Assembly: GCA_964016885.1 (NCBI GenBank)
Contig: OZ024742.1
Location: 366,978,001 to 367,042,000, forward strand
Length of the DNA: 64,000 nucleotides
Reading direction: 5' to 3'
Source: Eledone cirrhosa
Taxonomy: Eukaryota
In this document: one piece after another, positions 13,153-28,000 of the stretch
Layout: each line of letters opens with the position of its first letter
Position numbering within the stretch: the stretch's first letter is position 1
The notes under the pieces: model-generated
Told to the model about the DNA's origin: nothing
The model's database searches: none
What the model saw: the letters and a program-made list of their open reading frames with translations, nothing else
Program-made: the position numbers and the translations under genes

Positions 13153-13790
13153 TGTGTGTGTATATATATTCTTGTGTATATATATATTGACGTTATATTT
13201 CTGTAGATATCGTGGTAAATTATAGACATATTGAGATGAGGGAATATTCGGGTTTAACCATCTGTTTACCATTGGAATTATTGTCAGAGTTGTCCAACTG
13301 GAAGTAAGACAAGTCTTTCACTGGGGCTAACATCATCCAGTGCAAACCAATTTCCTTAAGTACACTCTCACACATCTACACAATATTTCATGCTTCTTTA
13401 CACATATACTCTAGAAACACACACAGATTATCACAGGATCGTTCACACTTACACGAATATACCCTCCTCTGATCCCTAATACTCTTTATCATATACAGAC
13501 ATACATATATATAAATACACACATATACAGGCAAACATATATATAAATACACACATATACAGGCAAACATATATATAAATACACACATATACAGGCAAAC
13601 ATATATATATAAATACACACATATACAGGCAAACCTGAACATATATATAACTACATGCACACACAATTGCACCTACAAACCCGCGAAATTCACGCTATTA
13701 CACAAACAGGAAACATGTTACACGTAAACACATACAGAAACCATGCACACACATACACTGACACAAACACAATAGCAGTTATATATATAC

Positions 13791-13862
<72 letters not shown>

Positions 13863-14125
13863 ATGAATAGACCTGTGTAGGTTTCGAAGTTGTTTGATTA
13901 ACGGAACTGACTGCTGATGAAAAAAAATGTAGCAGCTGAGCATTACATTAGTACGTGTAGCCTTAAAGTAATTCTCAGGGAGATTCAGTGTGTCACAGTC
14001 AATCAAATAGGATTCTAAACAGTTTCACATTGAGCTTTTGTTCAGCTATAGAATGCTAATATTGGTACCTTCCTCAGTTAACCACGAAGCTACTGAAACA
14101 CCTAAATTATATATATATATATACA

Positions 14126-15249
14126 CTAGCAGCAGGACCCGGCATTGCACGGGGTAGGAAAAGTGAAATAACAACACGCATATGCAAAGATTAAGGAATG
14201 TAGCTGTGTACTTTTTGAATTCCCTTATTCACAAGGAATGATTGTTCATCAACTGGAAACGTAGGGCATCAGCAGGCCGAACCAAGTAGTAGTAGTGTCA
14301 GTGGGCTGATTGCGGAAATCCTGTATGCGAAAGGAGTAAGTGTTGTGGGGTGATGTATATCGTAAGTCTGTTCACGAATTGCGTCACGGATGGGGAACAC
14401 ACGTCAGTCTGAAGGAGCGACGTAGTCAATTGTGTAAAAACCAAGTAGGGATGTACGTTTAAGTAGGGATATTGAGATGACGAAATCAGCGTGGAAACGC
14501 AGCTGCAGCAGAAGGGGGTCATAGTTCAATTAACAGAAACGCTGGGCGGCACTAATTGCACTGCGTTTACAAAGCAATAAAGGTGCGACAAAAGGGGTCA
14601 CCGCGGAATTAGCACAACCGCTGTTCGGCGTACTTGCGTAGGGCGTTCATACTGCGATGTAGGTGCAACAAAAGGGCTCTTAGTAGAAGTAGCACAGACG
14701 TGCGTTTTTCAGTGTCAATAACACGGCAACGGATTTGCGCTTGATGATAGCGCCAACAGGGCGCCAACAAAAATTTTAAGGTCCTCCTCATTTCCTAAAT
14801 CCCCCGAAAATGGTCCTGCTTAAAAGTAAGTGTTGTGTCCTCTGTTAAATAAATCAAAATTTTAATGAAATATTATACGCTACTTACAATGTTTAAGTAG
14901 CGTTTATACGAAAAATGAAAATGGCATGTAATGCCAAATGTTAATTCGTAAATTTACTAGAAACCATTAATGGAATCGGAATTTATTTTTTGGCCACAGC
15001 AATGCGAGGGGAGTAACTAATGTGTGCTGCAAATTTTGAAGAAATCGACTGGATTATCTTTAAGTTACGCCTCAAAAAAGCCTAAACATGCCTTTAAAAT
15101 GCGTTTTTTTCGCTTAATGCGCGCCCTAGGGCAGAAAAAGTTAAAATTTATTTAGCCCATTGCACTTCAAGAAATATAAGTAACGCATGTGTAAAGTTTG
15201 AAAAAAATAGGACGGGTACTTCTCGAGTATTACACAGACAGACATCCTC

Positions 15250-15262
<13 letters not shown>
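14126..15262 (-). mobile_element. Non-autonomous Helitron
   Basis: The minus strand begins tatatataaaacagaggatgtctgtctgtg and ends with the hairpin ccccgtgcaatgccggg followed by ...gCTAG|t, the canonical Helitron 3' end. Confidence 0.75.
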
Positions 15263-15314
<52 letters not shown>

Positions 15315-15449
15315 CTCTAAAACCCCAAGCGGGGATTACCAGGAAAAGAAGTGCCCCAAAATGGGGAGATCTTAATGAAAGCTGTACCCATTTTAACAAA
15401 AACGGAGCCAAACCAGGGAGAGTTGACAGGCCGCATGTATATATATATA

Positions 15450-15592
15450 TTGGAAAATGTGTGTAATCCTTGGTACAGTTAGGTATATTAAGGCAGGGGG
15501 AAGAAAAAATGGCTTCACTTGTGCTTTCAACAGGGTGAAGAAAATAAATTTGTTGAAAGCACAAGTGAAGCCATTTTTTCTTCCCCCCTGTC

Positions 15593-15597
<5 letters not shown>
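15450..15597. mobile_element. TA-flanked fold-back repeat
   Basis: tattaaggcagggggaagaaaaaatggcttcacttgtgctttcaaca is mirrored at 15551-15598; same head as 5763. Confidence 0.7.
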
Positions 15598-15628
<31 letters not shown>

Positions 15629-16205
15629 ATCAAAAGATATCTGCATTGCTTTATTGTACTACAATAAAACTCACCTCCTACATTATATATATATATACAT
15701 TTAGATTTGTTGGTTCACCACTGGATAGAACTGGTCATTCCGTATGGTCAACCTCGATGTAATATTAGGGAGAGCACTCGACGTAATGCAACTCACCGAT
15801 CTTCGTTTGTGTTGTTGGTGGTGCGAGTACGGAGTTAATTATTATAAAATAACAGGAGGCTGGACTGGTATAATTCCTTAAAAGGTTTATTATACTATGA
15901 ACATTTCAATGACCGGGTTCAGTATGCATCCGATGACATCATCAGGTATTCAACATTTAACAAAGGAATATAATAGACACAATCCATGGGGCTGAAAAGG
16001 CAGAGAGACAAGAAGGAGGCCAAACATTTACGAAGCCGAAGTTTCGGCTTTTAGAGCGCTGAGTATATATATATATATTTGTAGGTGTAAGGTTGCAAGA
16101 TAAATGCGTCTGTAGGTGGTATGCTGGTTGAGCACTCGATGCTTGCGCAGAGCAGAGCATATTATAGAGAACGAGGAGTCAGTGTTGCATCATATCATAT
16201 TTATT

Positions 16206-16297
16206 AACATATTACATGTTTCTCTATCGATCAGCTCGAGGCAAGATCTATTGCAGATCGAACCTGACACTGTAATCGAAAGCTCTTCAGATATGTT
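16206..16297 (-). ncRNA. Type I hammerhead ribozyme with about 61-nt stem II domain
   Basis: Minus strand: aacatat CTGAAGA gctttcgat...atcgataga GAAA CATG TA atatgtt; 7-bp stem I. Confidence 0.7.
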
Positions 16298-16547
16298 TGG
16301 TATATGAGACGATCTCATATACCAAACAACTTTGAAGAACTTTCGATTACGGAGAAAAAGGTTTCCATTGTCCACCGCGAGGAATTGAACCTCACGATAT
16401 CTGGAAGATATGGGGTTTGAGTCCTCATTAGTGGCTGAGGGCAACTTCTTTCTACGTCTTTTAAGGGTCTTCAGGCTAATTTATAAACTATCTTTATAGC
16501 ATTTTTGCGCTTAAGCACTTTCTTTACATACATACACACATACATAC

Positions 16548-17156
16548 ATGGTGGCTGCCAACTCGTTTTCGAGTACGGCCACTACTTTATATCCATGTAG
16601 GAGAACCCCTACCGATGCGCTGAACGAGTGTGACTTTTTAGTCCAGGCAGCGACTTGAAAACTCTGGTACAAACACTACACTTGTGACAATCATTGACAC
16701 ATAGTGCTGGGCCCATGGTACCATGTGATGACATGTGCAGAGAGATCTCCAGATATAAAGCAATGCCTGTGCCGTGAAGCTTTTATAGTGAGCAAAGGCA
16801 CTGCACAAAGCCAGTCCCACTCTCTTAACCAAGATGATATTTACCAAAAAGAAGAACAAGTCAACATCATTGGATACCATCAGAGTTGCAGGTGTTATAT
16901 CAGAGTTTTCCTTCTCCTAGAATTCTGCCTTGACAAAGGCTAAGGGGTCATCTCTCCCGGTGATTTTGGATGGCCATTGACTCTTAACAGCTACTTTTCC
17001 CTTTGACAGGTTTTGTTTTTAGTCCTGCAGGATGTCCAAAGTCACCCTCCTCACCAAGAAACCTTGGTGGGGTTGCCAGTTTAGTCGCCAACGACTCGAC
17101 CATGAGACAGGTTGTACTGGGATACATGTTACCAGTAGCACCAACTGGTGACCTGA
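16548..17156 (-). mobile_element. Non-coding interspersed repeat bounded by (CATA)n; related to 56236-56490 and 56590-57021
   Basis: Shared blocks gagtggga.tgg, gcacaggcattgc and terminal cagcca.catgtatgtatg. Confidence 0.55.
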
Positions 17157-17296
17157 CATACATATATACATACATGCATACATACATGCATACATACATA
17201 CATATATATATATATATACATATATACATACATACACACACACATACATACATTCATACATACATACATACATACATACATACATACATACATACA

Positions 17297-17330
<34 letters not shown>

Positions 17331-17347
17331 CATACATTCATACATAC

Positions 17348-17446
17348 AGTTGATGTGTAAATTCCAATGGGAGAGTCTTGTGTCTATGTTAGAAACCGAC
17401 TCTCTCTCTATTGGTAAACATTTGTGAAATTATAAAACCAGAAGAA
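17348..17446 (+). mobile_element. 3'-UTR stub of the R4/Dong-like element in (CATA)n
   Basis: Matches 19310-19406 and ends ...tataaaaccagaagaa|catacata. Confidence 0.9.
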
Positions 17447-17487
17447 CATACATACATACATCCATGCATACATATATACATACATAC

Positions 17488-19191
17488 ATATTTCAGGGGG
17501 ACAGTCTCTCTGTGATATTATTCATCCTGTCATTAAACCCCTTGTCCTTCCTGCTCAAGAAATGTGAGGGATACATCATTGGCTCACAGGAGGACAGAAA
17601 TACGTACCTAACCCATAATTTCTTTGTGGACGATCTGAAACTCTATGCCAAGAACATGGATGGGATGAAGAAAAATCTTGACCTCGTTACAACGTTCTCA
17701 AAGGATATAGGAATGGAGTTTGGCCAAGATAAATGCTCATACATGACTGTAAAGCGGGGAAAAACAACAACCCAATCTAGCAACATTGTCATCAATGGCC
17801 TAACTGTTTCACCGATATCTGATGAGGACTGCTACAGATACCTGGGGATAGATGAGAACATATCCTATAATGGTATCTGTAATAAAGAACGCGTAACCAG
17901 GGAATACTACACCCGATTAAGAAAGATCTGGTCATCGGAACTCTCTGCGCAAAACAAAACAGTGGCTTACAATGTGTTTGCTGTGCCTGTCCTAACACCA
18001 ACATTTAGAATACTCAATTGGACGATAGACGAAATCCGAGCAGTTGATGTTGGAATTCGAAAAATACTAAACAACACCGGAAACTTCCACATCAACAGTG
18101 ACATAGACCGCCTTTACTTGAAACGTAAGCAGGGAGACAGAGGCCCAACATCATTCCAGACAACATTTGAATGTCGCATCATATCTCTCCGACAACATCT
18201 ACGAACCTCGAAGCGTAGGAGCCCGTTTCTCGAGCAAGTCTATCTGCATGAAACAGATAAGATCATGAGAGTTGGGAAGGAACTCCTCGAGAGATATTCC
18301 CTGTGTGATAATCAAAAAATCACACCCAGGGAAGTCGCTCAGCAGTATCGCAGTGAATCCATGGATGAAAAACTGCATGCTTATCAGCAAAAAATCATGC
18401 ATGGATATGTTGCCGGGAAACTCCAGAGTGAGAGTAATATAGATAAGGAAAGTAGTCTATCTTGGACCAACAACCGCTATATTGGCTCCCACTTTGAAGG
18501 ATGCGCTTTTGCAATCAAAGAACAGGAGATTAACACGAAATACCTGATTAACAAAAGAGATAGGGATGCAGGCAAAACACCTAGATGTGATAACAAGTGC
18601 AGACTCTGCAGAACTACCATCGAGGATATCACCCATGTCATTAGCAGCTGTCCAAAGATGTCAGCTCGGTACTATCTACCTATGAGGCATGATGTAGTGG
18701 CCGAAACACTGTACAATGCAGTTCGTAAAAAAGATAGCCCCGATAATAAACACATTAAAAGCTACAACAATGTGGAAGACATGCATGTACATAATATGAA
18801 AGAGTACTGGTGGACTGTTCCAGTAAAAACCCCAATAAAATGCAGGCATAACAGACCAGATATTATGATATGGGACAGGGAGAAGAAAACATGCACAGTA
18901 GTAGAAATTAGCTGCCCAGCAGATACCAATATAATATCAAAGATTAACGAAAAGGAGAATATTTATGCAGAACTGATGAGAAATCTGCAGATACTCCACC
19001 CTGATTACACCTTCAGATGTATGCCTGTGATTATTGGGGCACTGGGGTATGTTAGTAACTGCCTCAATACAAATCTTGAGAAGCTAGGGTTCACAGGAAC
19101 AGAAAGAACACAACTAGTTAGGAAATTACAAGTACAATCCATTAATGGAACAGTAAAAATATGTAAAACATTCCAAAAATGTTGCATCTAA
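17488..19191 (+). CDS. C-terminal part of RT-CCHC-RLE polyprotein (open frame, 5' truncated)
   Basis: IFQGDSLS, FVDDLKLY, GMEFGQDKC, YRYLG, CRLC..EDITHVISSC, RHD, RPDIMIWD..VVEISCP..KENIY (PD-(D/E)xK nuclease). Confidence 0.9.
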   Translation: MFQGDSLSVILFILSLNPLSFLLKKCEGYIIGSQEDRNTYLTHNFFVDDLKLYAKNMDGMKKNLDLVTTFSKDIGMEFGQDKCSYMTVKRGKTTTQSSNIVINGLTVSPISDEDCYRYLGIDENISYNGICNKERVTREYYTRLRKIWSSELSAQNKTVAYNVFAVPVLTPTFRILNWTIDEIRAVDVGIRKILNNTGNFHINSDIDRLYLKRKQGDRGPTSFQTTFECRIISLRQHLRTSKRRSPFLEQVYLHETDKIMRVGKELLERYSLCDNQKITPREVAQQYRSESMDEKLHAYQQKIMHGYVAGKLQSESNIDKESSLSWTNNRYIGSHFEGCAFAIKEQEINTKYLINKRDRDAGKTPRCDNKCRLCRTTIEDITHVISSCPKMSARYYLPMRHDVVAETLYNAVRKKDSPDNKHIKSYNNVEDMHVHNMKEYWWTVPVKTPIKCRHNRPDIMIWDREKKTCTVVEISCPADTNIISKINEKENIYAELMRNLQILHPDYTFRCMPVIIGALGYVSNCLNTNLEKLGFTGTERTQLVRKLQVQSINGTVKICKTFQKCCI

Positions 19192-19406
19192 TAACTGCAT
19201 ATACACATGTACAGATACAAAGCATATACACATGCACACATACAACTCAAAACGTACACATCCACACATACAATAACATCCACATCTACACATGCATACA
19301 TATCTACCTAGTTGATGTGTAAATTCCAATGAGAGAGTCTTGTATCTATGTTAGAAACCAACTCTCTCTATTGGTAACAATTTGTGAAATTATAAAACCA
19401 GAAGAA
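17488..19406 (+). mobile_element. 5'-truncated R4/Dong-like non-LTR retrotransposon (RLE type) in (CATA)n
   Basis: ORF plus 3' UTR; both junctions fall in CATA repeats. Confidence 0.9.
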
Positions 19407-20199
19407 CATACATAATACATACATACATACATACATACATACATACATACATACATACATGCATACATACATACATACATACATACATACATACATACAT
19501 ACAGAAAGAAAGAAAGAAAGACAGAAAGACAGAAAGAAAGAAAGAAAGATCTATACAAAAACACGCTCGCAAACACATATTTCTACATACACATAAACCA
19601 AGGTGTCCAATATGTTATTGATTTCCATTCTGCACTCCGGCTCTCCTACACAAACTAATGTTTATAGACAAGAAATATCAACTAAAAGAACATGATAAAA
19701 TAGCAATTATTCCAAACTTATCCCCCACAAATCTCCAACTAGCATAAACCATAAAAAGTAAGAAGACGTTTCTTTATTCCCGTCGGTCTAACAACTCTCT
19801 CTGATAAATTATAAAATCTTCTTCCTGTGTTAAGTGATGAATTAAACACATATAAGCTACTTGATCATGTTTATTGTTGGCTATGTTAACATTTAAATTG
19901 ATATATATATATATATATATATATATCTGTGTGTATGTGTATACATATATATGTATATATATGTGTGTGTGTATATGTGTATGTGTATACATATATATAT
20001 ATATGTGTGTGTATGTGTGTGTATGTATACATATATGTGTGTGTGTATAAATATATATATATGTGTGTGCGTGTGTGTGTGTATGTGTGTATGTATGTAT
20101 GTGTGTGTGTGTCTGTGTATGGGTGTGTGTGTGTGATGGAAACAAATGTAGACGTTGGAAATTGCGACATGTAATTTATGAGCAAATATTAGAAAATAG

Positions 20200-20237
<38 letters not shown>

Positions 20238-20280
20238 GGAATACTGTTAGCTTCTCGCTACAACAATTTATATACTTTTC

Positions 20281-20322
<42 letters not shown>

Positions 20323-20354
20323 CGATTCTTTGCTTAAACTTTAATGTTATTTTA

Positions 20355-20402
<48 letters not shown>

Positions 20403-20406
<4 letters not shown>

Positions 20407-20553
20407 ATATCAGAAAAGAGGCGGTAAAAACCAGTTAGATCATTACTCACCAGAGTACTCGATACTTAGGTAGTAGAGTGGGTAATATGAGAAATTCTGA
20501 TCTAGCTGTTGAAACGGCCGTAGCTCAGCCGTCGGTGTCGCGAATTTTTCATA
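20403..20553. mobile_element. Short fold-back TA-flanked element with hammerhead 3' half
   Basis: ccagagtactcgatacttaggtagtagagtgggtaa then GAAA CGGCCG TA gctcagcc; family of 9279, 46276, 54408. Confidence 0.6.
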
Positions 20554-20976
20554 TAAAATAAACATATATAGACATACACACATTCATATATATATATAGG
20601 ATGGGCTTTCGACTCGTTATGTTCATCATTGTACCACTTTCTTCGTTCCCCTAACGGTGCTCCTATCTTTATCGCCCTTACTGTGTGTCCTTGCCAGAGG
20701 AGACCCTTGTGTAGGAAGCAGTATTTCAAAGGTGCGTCATAAAATGAGATTAACGTGTTATGAGCTGTAGTATAAGCGGAAAATACAAGGAGAGCAATGA
20801 ATGGTATTTTATGGGTCCGTAACACCTAGTGGTGTCGTAGGGGCACCATAGTGGTATACGGCGTTTCTTGGGCATTTTAAACTGGGGGCGCAATCTCATT
20901 CTAGATCTGAAAGGAGTAGATTTCTTCTAGAGAAGGATAGAGAGTGAGAGAAAGGAAATGACAAAGGGATATAGAG

Positions 20977-22123
20977 AGAGAATCGACCCCAGTACTGGAC
21001 TGGTACTTTTTTATCGACCTCGAAAAGATGAAAGACAAAGGTGACCTCGGCGGAATTTGAACTCAAAGAGCAGAGAACCGATACGAATATCTCAAAGCAT
21101 TCTATCGGACGTCTTACCACTCTACCATTCTCTCTGACGTTCTAACGACTGCCATTCTATCTGACACTAAGCACTCTACCATTCTATCTGACGTTCTAAC
21201 AGCTGCCATTCTATCTGACGTTCTAACAACTGCCATTCTATCTGACGTTCTAACCACTATACCATTTTGTCTAACGTCTAACAACTCTACCATTCTATAT
21301 GACGTCCTAACCACTCTACCATTCTGTCTTACGTCTAACAACTCTACCATTCTATATGACGTTCTAACCACTATACCATTTTGTCTAACGTCTAACAACT
21401 CTACCATTCTATCTGACGTCTAACAACTCTACCATGCTATATGACGTTCTAACCACTCTACCATTCTATCTGACGTTCTAACAATTCTACCATTCTATCT
21501 GACGTCTAACAACTCTACCATGCTATATGACGTTCTAACGACTGCCATTCTATCTTACGTCTAACAACTCTACCATTCTATAAGACGTTCTAACCACTCT
21601 ACCATTCTGTCTTACGTCTAACAACTCTACCATTCTATCTGACGTTCTAACCACTCTACCATTCTATCTGACGTTCTAACAATTCTACCATTCTATCTGA
21701 CGTTCTAACGTCTCTACCATTCTATCTGACGTTCTAACGACTACCATTCTATCTGACGTTCTAACGTCTCTACCATTCTATCTGACGTTCTAATCACTCT
21801 ACCATTCTATCTGACGTTCTAATGACTACCATTCTATATAACGTTCTAACCACTCTACCATTCTATATGACGTTCTAACCACTCTGCCATTCTATCTGAC
21901 GTTCTAACGACTGCCATTCTATCTGACGTTTTAACAACTCTACCATACAATCTGACGTTCTAACGACTGCCATTCTATCTGACGTTCTAACGACTACCAT
22001 TCTATATTACGTTCTAACCACTCTACAATTCTATCTGACGTTCTAACCACTCTACTATTCTATCTGACGTTCTAACGACTGCCATTCTATCTGACGTTCT
22101 AACCACTCTACTAATTCCCCACC
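20977..22123 (-). mobile_element. SINE family 1 with tandemly amplified head
   Basis: SINE body 20977-21120, 5' start near 22123, minisatellite between them. Confidence 0.75.
21113..22110. repeat. About 24-25 bp minisatellite, roughly 40 copies (accattctatctgacgttctaaccactct)
   Basis: Directly visible tandem array. Confidence 0.95.
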
Positions 22124-22329
22124 TAGAGCAATGAGTGTACATTATATGATATGGTGAGAAATACTTGGATGACCTATGAACCGCACATTATATGGTTGCA
22201 GCCATTAGACTAGCCAGAAGCAACATCAAAGCCTGATGGCCCGAGAATACAAAATATTGTAGGTTTAAGGAAACCTTATACTTCTCCAAAGTGTATTCAT
22301 ATAAATACGTATTATATATATATTTAATA

Positions 22330-23451
<1,122 letters not shown>

Positions 23452-23460
23452 ATATATATA

Positions 23461-23511
<51 letters not shown>

Positions 23512-23515
<4 letters not shown>

Positions 23516-23848
23516 AATGAATAATAACAGGTAGACAGCATAAAAAGGTAATTTATTCCGTGTGCTTACAAATGTTTCCACGGTGGTACTACAGCCTAGT
23601 TATGCTATGTGCAAATTTACAAGTATTTGCAGAACTCAAATATCCAATGCTGTGACCACTGTATCCTCAGAGCAGATGTCTACCTGTTATTATTCATTCT
23701 TTATATACACTCCGGAATACAGAAGGATCAGGAAGTAAGTTTCTTCAACAATTCTTCCATAACTCGTAGAGTAACCTATCACCGTACGTCAACCATATCC
23801 AGTATAGTAATTAACCATTACTACATCTTCGGTAATCCTATACCTAAT
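23512..23848. mobile_element. Short TA-flanked insertion with inverted segment
   Basis: ataaagaatgaataataacaggtagaca is mirrored at 23677-23704. Confidence 0.55.
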
Positions 23849-23859
23849 ATATATATATA

Positions 23860-23991
<132 letters not shown>

Positions 23992-23992
23992 C

Positions 23993-24077
<85 letters not shown>

Positions 24078-24082
<5 letters not shown>

Positions 24083-24710
24083 TATGAAGAGAGAAGAAAC
24101 ATTTAGATATAATTAGTAATAAAATGTATCATACCTAAACTGCTTCTAGATTCCTCGACTACGTAGTTTCGTGGCATAAACAAAAACAATATATCATAAA
24201 GATATAGAGTCCTTGCGAGGTCTGCCGACTTATCAAGAGGATACCTCATTTTACTAGTCTCAAGAACGCGTCTACACGACGTGAGAAAGAATCCCAAAAG
24301 GCGGAGGGGGAGATAGTCACGCGATATAACGGTCGAGAAACAGAGCTAAGCCTCTTATAACCCCGAAGAAAATACCACGGAGGCGGAGGGGGTATTTATA
24401 TCGAAGCCGTGGTATTTTCTCCGGGGTTATAAGAGGCTTAGCTCTGTTTCTCGACCGTTATATCGCGTGACTATCTCCCCCTCCGCCTTTTGGGATTCTT
24501 TCTCACGTCGTGTAGACGCGTTCTTGAGACTAGTAAAATGAGGTATCCTCTTGATAAGTCGGCAGACCTCGCAAGGACTCTATATCTTTATGATATATTG
24601 TTTTTGTTTATGCCACGAAACTACGTAGTCGAGGAATTTAGGAACAGTTTAGGCATGATACATTTTATTACTAATTATATCTAAATGTTTCTTCTCTCTT
24701 CATAATGTAT
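24078..24710. mobile_element. Near-perfect palindrome (about 303-bp arms, 26-bp spacer), pLTR-like
   Basis: Arms 24078-24380 and 24407-24710; mirror ORF translations differ at 2 of 64 residues. Confidence 0.92.
24546..24635 (+). ncRNA. Variant type I hammerhead (TTGATAA core); mirror copy at about 24152-24241 minus
   Basis: tcctc TTGATAA gtcggca...tgccac GAAA CTACGTAG TC gagga. Confidence 0.55.
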
Positions 24711-24874
24711 TTTTAACTCTGATACTGGTTCAGTCTGGTTCAACTGGATTGGTCTGTCCCAGTCATTCATTGAGCAACATCGGTGAAGTTGGCACCCTTA
24801 ACTCACAGTTGGGTGCGGATGCATTCATGTATATGTGTGTGTCCGCATGTATCTGTGTGTTTCTAAATATATTG

Positions 24875-24986
<112 letters not shown>

Positions 24987-25004
24987 GTATATATATATAT
25001 ATAT

Positions 25005-28000
25005 ATAAAAACAAATAACAAAACGAAATTAAATTTCGTTTCGTTTGTAACTCACTTTTGTATGACTGACGCTTAAACAATTAAGTTAAAAATGTACATC
25101 TACATATGCATACTGAAATACTAGTGTGTATATGAATACACACACGTATACATATGTAGGTGTAACAAGTCTTTCACTGGTTGCTTTACTGTGAGCAACC
25201 CAGCTATTTTGTATGTAAACACACAGACAAACCGGTTTTTAGAGTCATACTGGTTTTCGGGGGAACACCTTCCCTCTATTCTCCAGAAAGCCAGACAAGG
25301 AATATTGAACTAGTTTCGTTGTTGTTACAACTCATCAGCAATATTTACCTATCTACCGGCCCCTCTGGAGAATTGTAAAAGCACATATCGTTATATGCTT
25401 TTTCTATGAAAATTAGTAGTGGGCAGACTAATTTGCATAGAGTGTGAGTACGCACCGGTTCAGCGGAGACGATAAAAACAAATAACAAAACGAAATTAAA
25501 TTTCGTTTCGTTTGTAACTCACTTTTGTATGACTGACGCTTAAACAATTAAGTTAAAAATGTACATCTACATATGCATACTGAAATACTAGTGTGTATAT
25601 GAATACACACACGTATACATATGTAGGTGTAACAAGTCTTTCACTGGTTGCTTTACTGTGAGCAACCCAGCTATTTTGTATGTAAACACACAGACAAACC
25701 GGTTTTTAGAGTCATACTGGTTTTCGGGGGAACACCTTCCCTCTATTCTCCAGAAAGCCAGACAAGGAATATTGAACTAGTTTCGTTGTTGTTACAACTC
25801 ATCAGCAATATTTACCTATCTACCGGCCCCTCTGGAGAATTGTAAAAGCACATATCGTTATATGCTTTTTCTATGAAAATTAGTAGTGGGCAGACTAATT
25901 TGCATAGAGTGTGAGTACGCACCGGTTCAGCGGAGACGATAAAAACAAATAACAAAACGAAATTAAATTTCGTTTCGTTTGTAACTCACTTTTGTATGAC
26001 TGACGCTTAAACAATTAAGTTAAAAATGTACATCTACATATGCATACTGAAATACTAGTGTGTATATGAATACACACACGTATACATATGTAGGTGTAAC
26101 AAGTCTTTCACTGGTTGCTTTACTGTGAGCAACCCAGCTATTTTGTATGTAAACACACAGACAAACCGGTTTTTAGAGTCATACTGGTTTTCGGGGGAAC
26201 ACCTTCCCTCTATTCTCCAGAAAGCCAGACAAGGAATATTGAACTAGTTTCGTTGTTGTTACAACTCATCAGCAATATTTACCTATCTACCGGCCCCTCT
26301 GGAGAATTGTAAAAGCACATATCGTTATATGCTTTTTCTATGAAAATTAGTAGTGGGCAGACTAATTTGCATAGAGTGTGAGTACGCACCGGTTCAGCGG
26401 AGACGATAAAAACAAATAACAAAACGAAATTAAATTTCGTTTCGTTTGTAACTCACTTTTGTATGACTGACGCTTAAACAATTAAGTTAAAAATGTACAT
26501 CTACATATGCATACTGAAATACTAGTGTGTATATGAATACACACACGTATACATATGTAGGTGTAACAAGTCTTTCACTGGTTGCTTTACTGTGAGCAAC
26601 CCAGCTATTTTGTATGTAAACACACAGACAAACCGGTTTTTAGAGTCATACTGGTTTTCGGGGGAACACCTTCCCTCTATTCTCCAGAAAGCCAGACAAG
26701 GAATATTGAACTAGTTTCGTTGTTGTTACAACTCATCAGCAATATTTACCTATCTACCGGCCCCTCTGGAGAATTGTAAAAGCACATATCGTTATATGCT
26801 TTTTCTATGAAAATTAGTAGTGGGCAGACTAATTTGCATAGAGTGTGAGTACGCACCGGTTCAGCGGAGACGATAAAAACAAATAACAAAACGAAATTAA
26901 ATTTCGTTTCGTTTGTAACTCACTTTTGTATGACTGACGCTTAAACAATTAAGTTAAAAATGTACATCTACATATGCATACTGAAATACTAGTGTGTATA
27001 TGAATACACACACGTATACATATGTAGGTGTAACAAGTCTTTCACTGGTTGCTTTACTGTGAGCAACCCAGCTATTTTGTATGTAAACACACAGACAAAC
27101 CGGTTTTTAGAGTCATACTGGTTTTCGGGGGAACACCTTCCCTCTATTCTCCAGAAAGCCAGACAAGGAATATTGAACTAGTTTCGTTGTTGTTACAACT
27201 CATCAGCAATATTTACCTATCTACCGGCCCCTCTGGAGAATTGTAAAAGCACATATCGTTATATGCTTTTTCTATGAAAATTAGTAGTGGGCAGACTAAT
27301 TTGCATAGAGTGTGAGTACGCACCGGTTCAGCGGAGACGATAAAAACAAATAACAAAACGAAATTAAATTTCGTTTCGTTTGTAACTCACTTTTGTATGA
27401 CTGACGCTTAAACAATTAAGTTAAACATGTACATCTACATATGCATACTGAAATACTAGTGTGTATATGAATACACACACGTATACATATGTAGGTGTAA
27501 CAAGTCTTTCACTGGTTGCTTTACTGTGAGCAACCCAGCTATTTTGTATGTAAACACACAGACAAACCGGTTTTTAGAGTCATACTGGTTTTCGGGGGAA
27601 CACCTTCCCTCTATTCTCCAGAAAGCCAGACAAGGAATATTGAACTAGTTTCGTTGTTGTTACAACTCATCAGCAATATTTACCTATCTACCGGCCCCTC
27701 TGGAGAATTGTAAAAGCACATATCGTTATATGCTTTTTCTATGAAAATTAGTAGTGGGCAGACTAATTTGCATAGAGTGTGAGTACGCACCGGTTCAGCG
27801 GAGACGATAAAAACAAATAACAAAACGAAATTAAATTTCGTTTCGTTTGTAACTCACTTTTGTATGACTGACGCTTAAACAATTAAGTTAAAAATGTACA
27901 TCTACATATGCATACTGAAATACTAGTGTGTATATGAATACACACACGTATACATATGTAGGTGTAACAAGTCTTTCACTGGTTGCTTTACTGTGAGCAA

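Noticed and set aside
15905-15950. Possible hammerhead on minus (CTGATGA...GAAC CCGG TC)
   Set aside because: GAAA is mutated and stems I and II pair poorly; at best a decayed remnant.
25181-25378. 65-aa ORF repeated in every 467-bp unit
   Set aside because: Starts at TTG, lies antisense to the ribozyme and has no recognisable motif; its recurrence only reflects the repeat.
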